The notes under the pieces are model-generated. The model saw only the letters and a program-made list of their open reading frames with translations, had not been told where the DNA came from and searched no databases. Below are positions 27,901-35,093 of a stretch of DNA of 64,000 nucleotides, in pieces. Each line of letters starts with the position of its first letter. Position 1 is the stretch's first letter. The translations under genes and the position numbers were made by a program. Source of the DNA: a virus; IMG/VR virus record IMGVR_UViG_3300042311_001406, positions 27,323-91,322 of that record. One strand, written 5' to 3'.

Positions 27901-28627
27901 CAACTGCAAGCAGAGCCAGCCGCTCAGCACCTCGAAGACGACGGACAAGGGCAGCGCCACCGTCATCCTTGAGTCGGCTCCAGCGACGTCGATGTCTTAC
28001 GACGACATGACGATCTGCAAGTTGGAAGCGCAGATCAAAGACCTGAAGTCGATCATTGGCAGCCTGCGACGTGGAGAGCGTGAGCGCCTGTCGACGTCGC
28101 ACATGGGCCACATCCACAAATTCACCATTCAGGGGATGAGTGGCCACTTGACGGTCGGCTTCTACGACGATGGCCGCATCGGCGAAGTCTTCGTCGAGAT
28201 GAGCAAGGAAGGCAGCACCGTCGGTGGCTTCCTGGACGCCTGGAGCAAGGCATTCTCGCTCATGCTGCAGTACGGCGCTCCGCTGACTGAAGTCCTGCAG
28301 AAGTTCGAGGGCAGCCGCTTCGAGCCATCTGGCTTCACGCTCAACGAGAACATCCGCACCTGCACATCGGTGATCGACTACGTCAGCCGCTACATGAAGA
28401 TGCTGAGCTCAAGCGCACCGAAGGCGGCTCCGATGCTCGACAGTGCCCCTGGCGACCATCAGGTTGAGGAAGGTGAAGACGTCGACGATTCGCACGTCCC
28501 GTCAAACACGCAGAAGTTCGTCGACACCAATGGTCGCATCTGTTCGTCATGCGGAAGCAGCAACCTGCGTCAAAGCGGCGCCTGCTTCGTTTGCAATGAG
28601 TGTGGCTCAAGCACGGGGTGTGGCTGA
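24926..28627 (+). CDS. nrdJ: class II (B12-dependent) ribonucleotide reductase with intein
   Basis: FNSPVWFN, QCSACF, GGKTRRAA, NPC|SEY, SCNLAS, APTGTI, SGAISKTVN; C-terminal TSCPD-like domain and Zn ribbon. Confidence 0.92.
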   Translation: MKNTVTIPSADSIDYTLSIAGDKIECRVHSIDIVNFNKRDVAIEGSGFKQKDVEAPDFWSDTAVRIVANKYFRGHDSDRENSVKQLVARVVGSIVDFLDSKDRFASATDKHSFKSVLTHLLYVQAFAFNSPVWFNLGTEVSPQCSACFILGVDDNIESILKWINDESLVFRRGSGAGVNISRIRHKNARLQGGGHASGPLSFANGANYMAGAIKSGGKTRRAAKMLVMNDNHPDVFDFIDTKSIAERVAKALIAGGFSSKFNAEGGAYELAPWQNANNSVSLYDRFLNAVLVDGDHDLVDHKGAVVRTIKARELWRKMGEAAWESGDPGLHFRDTMNRFNTVAEDGEIEASNPCCFTGETLVDTSEGKIRIDELVARSQRGEDLPMAWAFDLESSLPVLRRIVKAWKAGDATKLVRVTTDRGISVLCTPEHRWLKRNGAWVEAQHLKAGDSLRKTARWVNKDRSGRHCLNMRGTESAPNGTVWQNRYMWEQAYGPIPDGMEVHHKNGDPTDDRLSNFELIPVSDHRSEHSAGDENPRFIDVEDHVLVEAWDAVAAGRKRGSGVTPTTWNAHINSNGLKGHLPLAASPTNGGRIQGMPWAEFESKINELRSSVNDRVVSVEFIANDTATSVFDIEVEGVHNFSVTSPGAVHSVVVHNSEYLFINNTSCNLASFNLVRYMIRDGLKRVFNWRAFQRDGLAMYLCLDAIVDISSYPTPEIDETTRKYRTLGAGYANIGGMLMRMGIPYDSDEGRHMIAVITSALQGTMVCNSMKAAEAWGTFDRYEANRDHVDKVILSHYNAQVGLTYNKDDVVWNPWQHYEQTVLRDNTKIARVRNAQFTVVAPTGTIGFMMDVDTTGIEPDFSLVKYKEMVGGGYMTLVNTAMSEGLEVLGYDEETRKAIEAHVTTTGGVVEGAPGLKPEHYGVFDCAVAAFGGTRFIRPEAHIEAMAEAQPFLSGAISKTVNMPESSTVDDILDIYMKSWKLGLKAVAVYRDNCKQSQPLSTSKTTDKGSATVILESAPATSMSYDDMTICKLEAQIKDLKSIIGSLRRGERERLSTSHMGHIHKFTIQGMSGHLTVGFYDDGRIGEVFVEMSKEGSTVGGFLDAWSKAFSLMLQYGAPLTEVLQKFEGSRFEPSGFTLNENIRTCTSVIDYVSRYMKMLSSSAPKAAPMLDSAPGDHQVEEGEDVDDSHVPSNTQKFVDTNGRICSSCGSSNLRQSGACFVCNECGSSTGCG
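25988..26893 (+). mobile_element. intein (302 aa) with an HNH-type endonuclease domain
   Basis: N-terminal CFTGETLV, block B TPEH, HHKNGDPTDDRLSN, block F VFDIEVEGVHNF, C-terminal VHN|S. Confidence 0.9.
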
Positions 28628-28911
28628 TGGTCGCCAAGAAGAAGCAGAAAACTGTGAACATCGATCGCTTCTGCTGCGCTCGTGGCTGCAAGAAGGAGTT
28701 CACGTCGCCAGCGGGAACGTTCTTCTGTCCTCGGCATCAGGCCATTGCTCTTGAGCATCACCCTGATCTCGTCGAGTCGCTTCGAGCGGAAGCTGATGAA
28801 GTTGGCGTGCAGAACAAAGGACTGCACTTCAAGATCATCAAGCTGCAGACCATCATCGCGAACAACGACGAACACGTTCTCGATCAGATCGAGATGTTTG
28901 CCGACACGTAA
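28627..28911 (+). CDS. small Cys-rich hypothetical protein
   Basis: TGATG coupling; CCARGC...FCPRH. Confidence 0.55.
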   Translation: MVAKKKQKTVNIDRFCCARGCKKEFTSPAGTFFCPRHQAIALEHHPDLVESLRAEADEVGVQNKGLHFKIIKLQTIIANNDEHVLDQIEMFADT

Positions 28912-28933
28912 AAAAAAGCAGACAGGGCCATTA

Positions 28934-28985
28934 GTGTGTCGCCGTCGAGACCACCACCATATGTGGCGTCTTGACGGCGACACAC
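28934..28985. promoter_or_regulatory. long stem-loop upstream of the primase-helicase
   Basis: GTGTGTCGCCGTCGAGAC / GTCTTGACGGCGACACAC, 18-bp stem with one G-U pair. Confidence 0.55.
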
Positions 28986-29040
28986 GTCCCTGATCAACTG
29001 CGTTTCCTTCGACAAAGACACACCGGGGAGCAGCATCTCG

Positions 29041-31878
29041 ATGACGACACTCTTCAACGACGATGACGACGACAGCTTCTTTGACATCGTCAACATCACG
29101 GCGAAGGCAGCTGTGAACAACGCCGCCGCCGCCAAGAAGACGGAGCCCGCAGCAAAGGCGTCGTCATACGGAGACGCGAAACCCAACAAGGGCAACGAAG
29201 CATCGCAAGCCATGACGCGACTCGTCGCCACGATCCCCGGTATCCGCGCGATGCCTGTGCGTGATCGACTGCCATTCATTGAAGGATGGGCATCAGAGGC
29301 GTTCTGGTCGAAGCCGATGCCTGAACTCATGGAGCAGTGGCAGAAGGAATACGGAAACGACATCGACTACGCCTTCGTGCTTGGCGATCACTGCGGCCAG
29401 GACAGCGGTGACCTCGTCCTCGAAGCCGACAACGAAGCCGGTGAACAGTGGCTGCGCGAGAACGCGCCTGCGACACCGACGATGGTGAGCACGCGTCGCG
29501 GTTTCAACCACCGCCACTATCGCATCGACATGGCCGGACGCGGCAACCGCATCGACATCTTTGGCAGCGTCAAGAAGCACAAGAAGGCGGCCCTGGACGC
29601 CGGCTTCAAGGTTGAACTTCCGCGTGGCCGCAAGGCCACCGAAGAAGAGCGCGCCGCACGCGACAGCGAGATGGCGAAGGCGTTGGCTGCCATCCCGATG
29701 GGGCCAGTCATCGACCTGAAGTGCAACGGCGGCCAGGCCATGGCGCCAGGCGGGCGCAACAGCAAGACGCCGAACTTCCGCTACGAAGAAGTCGGCGGCC
29801 TGTGGACGATCGACATGTGGCGCGCGCGTCCCGTGTTCGACCCGAAGTGGTTCCCTGATAGCGTCTGGGCTCGTGAGCTGGCTGCCGACACGCAGCAAGG
29901 CTCGCACGCCAGCTACGACGTCGAATACTGGACCCTGGACCGTCGGGTCTCTGCGGCGATGCGGTACGCGGCCAACATGAAGCCGACGGTGAGTGGCGAG
30001 GGTGCGCACAGCTCGTTCTTGCGGAACGCCATCCTCATTGTGCGCGGCTTCGACCTCGACGTGCAGTCCGGTCGTCGCGTGCTCACGTATTGGGGCCAAC
30101 AGGTCTGTGCGCACGAACCCTGGAGCACCAAGGAGATCGAACACAAGCTCGAATCAGCACTGCAGCAGGGCAAGGAACCGATGGGGTTCAAGCTTGCTGC
30201 TCGTCGTGGCGATGAGACTGTTGGTGAACGGTACGCGGCCATGATGCGTGCCATGGCCAACGACAGCATGACCGCTGAACTCGAAGGCGACCTCATCAGC
30301 GAGGTCATGAACGACGCGGCTCCCACCTATCGCAGCGAAGGCAGCGAGGACCAGGACGATGGCACTGTCGATCCGTTCGACATGTCACCAGTCGAGGTGC
30401 CAGCGGCGTCGCCAGCCAGTGCTCTGGCCTCGCAACTCCCGCAGACGACGCCGATGTTTGGTCCCGGCTCTGGGGCGGCGACGGCAACCAAGATGACGGT
30501 GGCGGCTCGTGCGGCCGGCGCCAGCGACGCGGCGCATGGTGCCAGCGACATCGCCGACAGCGAGCGCCAAGTGCTGGCCGAGCTCGGCATGGACATCGCC
30601 GACATCCTCAGCAACCCGAAGATTGGCGTCATCTACAAGCGCATCGAAGGGAAGGTCGTTCGCCTGCCGCCGACGACGCTGAATCTGGCTCAGTTCCTGA
30701 TGCACAGTCGCATGTTCAAAGGGCGGCTCCGCAAGAACCTGATGAACCATGAGATGGAGTTCGACAACGTCGGCCTGGAGAGCATTCACACGCTGAAGAC
30801 GACGATCGATACGCTGTTCCAGGAAGACGTGCCAAAGGAACGCATCGAGGATTCTCTGGAGACTGTTGGTCTGTACTGCCGGTATGACCCCAGCCTTGAA
30901 GAGTTCGAGAAGCTCCCGCCGTGGGACGGCGAAGAACGGCTGATGCGTGTGGCCGGTGAAGTGCTGCCAGTTGAATCGGCGAGCCTGTACCTCTCAAAGG
31001 TCAAGATGGCGAAATCCATCATGGCGATGGTGGCCCGCACACTTGATCCTGGCTGCAAAGTCGACACGATTCCGATCTTCATCGGCAAGCAGGGTGCCCG
31101 GAAATCGTCGTTCTGGGAGATGCTGGCTGGGCCAAAGTTCTTCTCGGACACCGCAATGCAGAACATCGGCGGCCGTGACGAGATGTGGCTCATCTCCAGG
31201 TTCCGGGTCATCGAGATTCCTGAGATCGACGGCATGTACTCGAAGCACCAGAACGCGCAGATGAAGGCCTTCTTCTCGAAGCGACGGGATGACTACCGTC
31301 TCCCGTACGCCCGTCGCATGGTCAGCGTGGCGCGACGCAGCATCATGGTCGGCACCACGAACGAGCACGAGATTCTGAGCGACCCCACCGGCAGCCGTCG
31401 GTATTGGCCGATTCCCACCATCGGCAAGGCCCGCCTGGACCTTCTCGGGAAGTGGCGCGACCAGCTGCTGGCGGAGGCGATTCACAAGGTCTCGGCCCAC
31501 CTCGTAGCCAAAGCCGCGGGACGTGAAGAGTCAAAAGAGTACAAGGAAGGCATGTGGTGGCTCGATGACCAACAAGACGAGGAACGCTCCAAAGACAACC
31601 TGAAATACCAAGAAGACGACCCATGGCGGCCAGCGATCGAGGAGTTCCTGCGCCCCATGACACCTGACCACAAGTTCCAGGTGGCCGACGTTATCGACTA
31701 CCTCAAGCTGCCGATTGACCGAGTCGCGCGCCGAGACAGCATCAGAATTGCGAACATCCTGAACAATCTCTCCTGCCGACGCTTCAACGAGGGAAGACCA
31801 ACGACCGTCGACAAAAAAAATGGGCGCTGGTGGGAGCCGCCAGCAAGCCAAGACCCTTTGGCGAGCACGGAAGAATAG
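29041..31878 (+). CDS. primase-helicase: Prim-Pol + PriCT-like + VapE-family NTPase
   Basis: LVLEAD, STRRGFNHRHY, DLKCNGGQAMAPG; GKQGARKSS Walker A, EIPEID, RLPYAR, GTTN, DPTGSRRYWPI. Confidence 0.85.
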   Translation: MTTLFNDDDDDSFFDIVNITAKAAVNNAAAAKKTEPAAKASSYGDAKPNKGNEASQAMTRLVATIPGIRAMPVRDRLPFIEGWASEAFWSKPMPELMEQWQKEYGNDIDYAFVLGDHCGQDSGDLVLEADNEAGEQWLRENAPATPTMVSTRRGFNHRHYRIDMAGRGNRIDIFGSVKKHKKAALDAGFKVELPRGRKATEEERAARDSEMAKALAAIPMGPVIDLKCNGGQAMAPGGRNSKTPNFRYEEVGGLWTIDMWRARPVFDPKWFPDSVWARELAADTQQGSHASYDVEYWTLDRRVSAAMRYAANMKPTVSGEGAHSSFLRNAILIVRGFDLDVQSGRRVLTYWGQQVCAHEPWSTKEIEHKLESALQQGKEPMGFKLAARRGDETVGERYAAMMRAMANDSMTAELEGDLISEVMNDAAPTYRSEGSEDQDDGTVDPFDMSPVEVPAASPASALASQLPQTTPMFGPGSGAATATKMTVAARAAGASDAAHGASDIADSERQVLAELGMDIADILSNPKIGVIYKRIEGKVVRLPPTTLNLAQFLMHSRMFKGRLRKNLMNHEMEFDNVGLESIHTLKTTIDTLFQEDVPKERIEDSLETVGLYCRYDPSLEEFEKLPPWDGEERLMRVAGEVLPVESASLYLSKVKMAKSIMAMVARTLDPGCKVDTIPIFIGKQGARKSSFWEMLAGPKFFSDTAMQNIGGRDEMWLISRFRVIEIPEIDGMYSKHQNAQMKAFFSKRRDDYRLPYARRMVSVARRSIMVGTTNEHEILSDPTGSRRYWPIPTIGKARLDLLGKWRDQLLAEAIHKVSAHLVAKAAGREESKEYKEGMWWLDDQQDEERSKDNLKYQEDDPWRPAIEEFLRPMTPDHKFQVADVIDYLKLPIDRVARRDSIRIANILNNLSCRRFNEGRPTTVDKKNGRWWEPPASQDPLASTEE

Positions 31879-31895
31879 AAATCTTTGAAGTCAAA

Positions 31896-31922
31896 AGCCA
31901 CCTTCGGGTGGCTCTTTTTTTT
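31896..31922 (+). terminator. intrinsic terminator
   Basis: AGCCACC-TTCG-GGTGGCT followed by a T-run. Confidence 0.9.
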
Positions 31923-32890
31923 CTTTAGCTTGACTTTTTTCTTTGAATAGAAAAATTTTGACCAATAGAAATATCTGCAGAGCCTAAAATATTTCTATTC
32001 AAAGTTTCACTTCTTTTAGTTCAGCGATTTCTTTGAGTTCAGGCTCCGCAGTTCAAAGAAGTTGCCGGAATTTATTTGAATCGATAATGTATAGTGAGAA
32101 AAAAAAGTGACAAACAAAAGTCAGTCACTTTTCCATGTATACAGTTTTGCTGGGAGCGGTTTTCATGGCTTCAGGATGCGGCGGCCAACGACGTCGTCGC
32201 GCAGTGATCGATGCAAATATACTCTGTAGGAAAAACGCGTTAACAAAAGTCAGTCACTTTTTCAGTCACTAGCTGTGAAATCAAGGACTTACGCCCGGAA
32301 TCGGCGCGACCTGAAGCCGCGAACCACTGTCATGATAAAAGTCAGTCACTTCCTTGTAAGTCCTTGTGGCGCCTTCTCTTTTCCCTCTCTTTTTTCCTTT
32401 AGTGACTGAAAATCAGAAAATAGAAACTTTTCGGAGTCGGAGAAAAGCACGGTCGGTCTGCTGGTGCGGCGCACGCGGGAGTGCTGGCCGGTCCCTGGCT
32501 CTGGCGCTGGGCTGGGAAACTTGTTGAATTTCTGAAAAGTCAGTCACTTTTTTAAATTTGCAGCGAATTCCGTTGGCGCCACAAGGACTTACAAGGAAAT
32601 GACGAACTTAAAGTAAGGCACTGGGTCGACGGTTCACGGAAGGTCAACTTCCGGCGTAAGTCCTTGATTTTACAGCTAGTGACTGAAAAAGTGACTGAGA
32701 AGTGACAGAGATGAAATCCTACACAGTAAAGTGAACGAGTGTTCTCGTTTTGACGCCGCGTCCGGAAGCCATCCCACGGCCCCGCGTGCGCACAACAATG
32801 GCCGCAAACCCCCGAAAAAAGTCAGTCACTTTTTTGAGCAGTATATATTTTGGGCAAATTCAGATTCTGGCGTTTTCTTTGAGTTCAGAA
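31923..32890. other. putative replication origin: AT-rich, iterons, nested inverted repeats
   Basis: No credible ORF; AAAAGTCAGTCACTT at 32116, 32245, 32337, 32535 and 32817; lies directly downstream of the primase-helicase. Confidence 0.65.
32250..32698. repeat. ~450-bp imperfect nested palindrome
   Basis: Arms 32250-32300/32649-32698 (~50 bp, 2 differences); 32350-32373/32575-32598 (24 bp, perfect); 32401-32419/32530-32548 (partial). Confidence 0.9.
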
Positions 32891-33152
32891 CGACACGTAA
32901 AAAAAGCGGCACGGAGCCGCTTTCATCACGAAGCACGCCTGAGCGCTTCAAACCCTGTGAGGGGTTCAGCGCTTTGGCGGCTTCGTGATGGCTGTCAGGA
33001 CGTCATCAAGCATGGACATGTGGAACTCCGGAATCTGAGAGGGGGCGCGGCGACCAGCTGTTGGCCGCCTGCTTGTGGATAAAAAAAACCATCCACCCTG
33101 CACCCACCCAGTCCATTGCTGGACCAGATGGGTACAGAGCGAATGGCTGCCC

Positions 33153-33189
33153 TTGGCCAGGCGCCCTGGGTCAACCAGGGCGTGGCCAG
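33153..33189 (-). terminator. stem-loop downstream of the leftward gene
   Basis: TGGCCA..CGCCCTGG-GTCAA-CCAGGGCG-TGGCCA; no adjacent U-tract. Confidence 0.4.
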
Positions 33190-33197
33190 GAGCGAGC

Positions 33198-34223
33198 TCA
33201 GGCCTTGGTCACCGCCGAGGCGGCGGCCAGCTCGGCTGCGGCCTGCTGCTGCACCGTTGCGTTGAGGGCCGGGAGGCTCTTCATCACCGCGGTCATGGCT
33301 GCCTCGACCGCAGCCGCCGTGGCGCGCGCCACGATGGCTTCGATGTCCGGCTGGTTGGCCTTGGCGGCTTCGAGTGCGGCCGTGGTCGCAATCGTCACGG
33401 CCTGCTCGATGTCACGGCTGTGGGACTTGACCTGGCCCATGGCCGCCTCGACTGCCGCCGTCGAGACTTCACGAGCGGCAGCCACGGTCTCGTTCTTGAG
33501 GCGGGTGGTGAAGCCTGCCTCCGCGCCGTAGTACAGACCGTCGCGCTGCTTCTGCTGGCGCACCACGCGGCTGTACATGTCCGAGCGCGCCAGGTAGCGC
33601 TCGTCGACGTACTTGATCAGCGTGTACCGCATCGACGCGTTCGTGTCGTAGACCGCCTTCTGGGTGCGGCTCGCACGCTCGAAGATCTGGCGGCGCATGC
33701 CGACACGACCAATCGTCGCGCCGGAATACACGTAGCAGAACGCAGCGATGAGGCTGTCGCCCTTGATGCCAAGTTCCGTGGCGATCTTGCGCATGTCCTC
33801 ATTGAGGCCACCACGGATCGCGCTGTTGTTGAGCTGGGCCGGGGCATCCATCTCGATGACGTCAGCCACCGAGCGGATCTGCTCAATGGTGCTGTCGATG
33901 TTCGAGTCCACGAGGAACTCTTCGACCTTGGTCACTTCGAGACGGGCGATCATCGAGAGGAACGCGTCGACGTCGGGAACGAAGTGACGCACTTCGGCCT
34001 TGTTCTCGATGAGCATGGCGAGCGTTTCTTCGGCATCGCGCAGTGCAGCGTCTTCCGGCATCTTGATCTTGCCGCCCTCACGCAAAGCAGTCGACAGGCG
34101 ACCGCCGTGGATGCGCTTGGTGTCCTCAAGGAACTGCTTGTCGGCGCGAGCTTCAGGGCTCGTGCTGCCGAGGATGGCGGTGGTGACGAAGTTGTTGAGC
34201 TTGCGGGTGATGGTGCTGGTCAT
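33198..34223 (-). CDS. hypothetical protein (putative early gene), Ala-rich helical C-terminus
   Basis: 341 aa, biased codons, AAGAGA leader, conserved promoter upstream. Confidence 0.75.
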   Translation of the reverse strand: MTSTITRKLNNFVTTAILGSTSPEARADKQFLEDTKRIHGGRLSTALREGGKIKMPEDAALRDAEETLAMLIENKAEVRHFVPDVDAFLSMIARLEVTKVEEFLVDSNIDSTIEQIRSVADVIEMDAPAQLNNSAIRGGLNEDMRKIATELGIKGDSLIAAFCYVYSGATIGRVGMRRQIFERASRTQKAVYDTNASMRYTLIKYVDERYLARSDMYSRVVRQQKQRDGLYYGAEAGFTTRLKNETVAAAREVSTAAVEAAMGQVKSHSRDIEQAVTIATTAALEAAKANQPDIEAIVARATAAAVEAAMTAVMKSLPALNATVQQQAAAELAAASAVTKA

Positions 34224-34296
34224 GGTGTTGTCTCTTTCTTTCTGTCAGGCGATCAGTGGGTTACGAGAGAAGCGATCGCCATATTGATCTTCTCTC

Positions 34297-34331
34297 TACT
34301 ATATTATACCGCATTTTAGGCGGTATTTTCA
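34297..34331 (-). promoter_or_regulatory. conserved phage promoter motif, copy 1
   Basis: TGAAAA-N14-CGGTATAATATAGTA on the minus strand. Confidence 0.75.
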
Positions 34332-34535
34332 CGATCCAAACGTGTCATACCCGCGGAATGCGGGGTTACACTCAATTTCTCTGTCTTCAGATGAACCGCT
34401 GCCAATGCAGATGTTCAGCCGCCTGGTGGCGTGCCGTTTCCTGTCGATGGCATCCTGACGCTGCAGTTCATCCCTCGTGTCTCCAGCGGCCAAGTGGAGA
34501 TCGACGAGCAGGATCATCAACTCATCCATCTGCAC
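34329..34535 (-). CDS. small hypothetical protein
   Basis: AGGAG at the upstream stop; fills the gap; start uncertain. Confidence 0.3.
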   Translation of the reverse strand: MQMDELMILLVDLHLAAGDTRDELQRQDAIDRKRHATRRLNICIGSGSSEDREIECNPAFRGYDTFGS

Positions 34536-34539
34536 GCTC

Positions 34540-34980
34540 CTAGAAGCTGTCGAGGCACAGGCTCTCAGACTCGAAGTATCTGTCGCAGACACCATCAAGA
34601 TCCACTGGGATCTCGAAGCCGTTTTTACCGCAGAACCCGTAGTGGTTCAGGCAGGAGACAGCCTCATAGGTCTCGGCGTCACACGGGTTGTCGACGAAGT
34701 AGTCGTTGTCGGCGCACACCTCGGCAGCCTCGCTCTTCGTCAGGCCGCCATCACACATGGCCTCCTTGACGCAGAGGTCATGGTTGACGGTGTCGCGCGA
34801 CAGCCAGGTGATGGGACCTTTGGCTTCATTCGCGCGGTACACGACCTCGACGTCAGGCTCTTGGGTGCAGCCAGTGAGGCTGGACATCGCAAAGAGGCCG
34901 AGCGCTGCGACCCCGAAGACGACGGTGCCATAGGTGGCACCAAAGGCAAAGCACTTCAGGCATTGTTTATTCGTGATCAT
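34540..34980 (-). CDS. Cys-rich putative lipoprotein
   Basis: Hydrophobic signal followed by LTGC lipobox; acidic Cys-rich mature part. Confidence 0.65.
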   Translation of the reverse strand: MITNKQCLKCFAFGATYGTVVFGVAALGLFAMSSLTGCTQEPDVEVVYRANEAKGPITWLSRDTVNHDLCVKEAMCDGGLTKSEAAEVCADNDYFVDNPCDAETYEAVSCLNHYGFCGKNGFEIPVDLDGVCDRYFESESLCLDSF

Positions 34981-35018
34981 TGGAGCCCCTTAATGAGCAC
35001 CGGAATGGTTGCTCTTGT

Positions 35019-35053
35019 TACTATTTTATACCGTGAAATGGAGCCGCTTTTCA
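35019..35053 (-). promoter_or_regulatory. conserved phage promoter motif, copy 2
   Basis: TGAAAA-N14-CGGTATAAAATAGTA. Confidence 0.75.
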
Positions 35054-35081
35054 TGGTCTACCCCTTGGCCCTGTCGACGTG

Positions 35082-35087
35082 TAGACT
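35082..35087 (+). promoter_or_regulatory. putative -10 box, leaderless RNAP mRNA
   Basis: TAGACT lies 6 nt before ATG 35094; no Shine-Dalgarno. Confidence 0.4.
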
Positions 35088-35093
35088 TCGCGC

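Noticed and set aside
32116-32833. Iteron repeats as a CRISPR array
   Set aside because: The repeats are only 15-17 bp, irregularly spaced and in both orientations; no cas genes are present.
32731-33082. ORFs within the AT-rich non-coding region
   Set aside because: No RBS, atypical codon usage, and they overlap the repeats.
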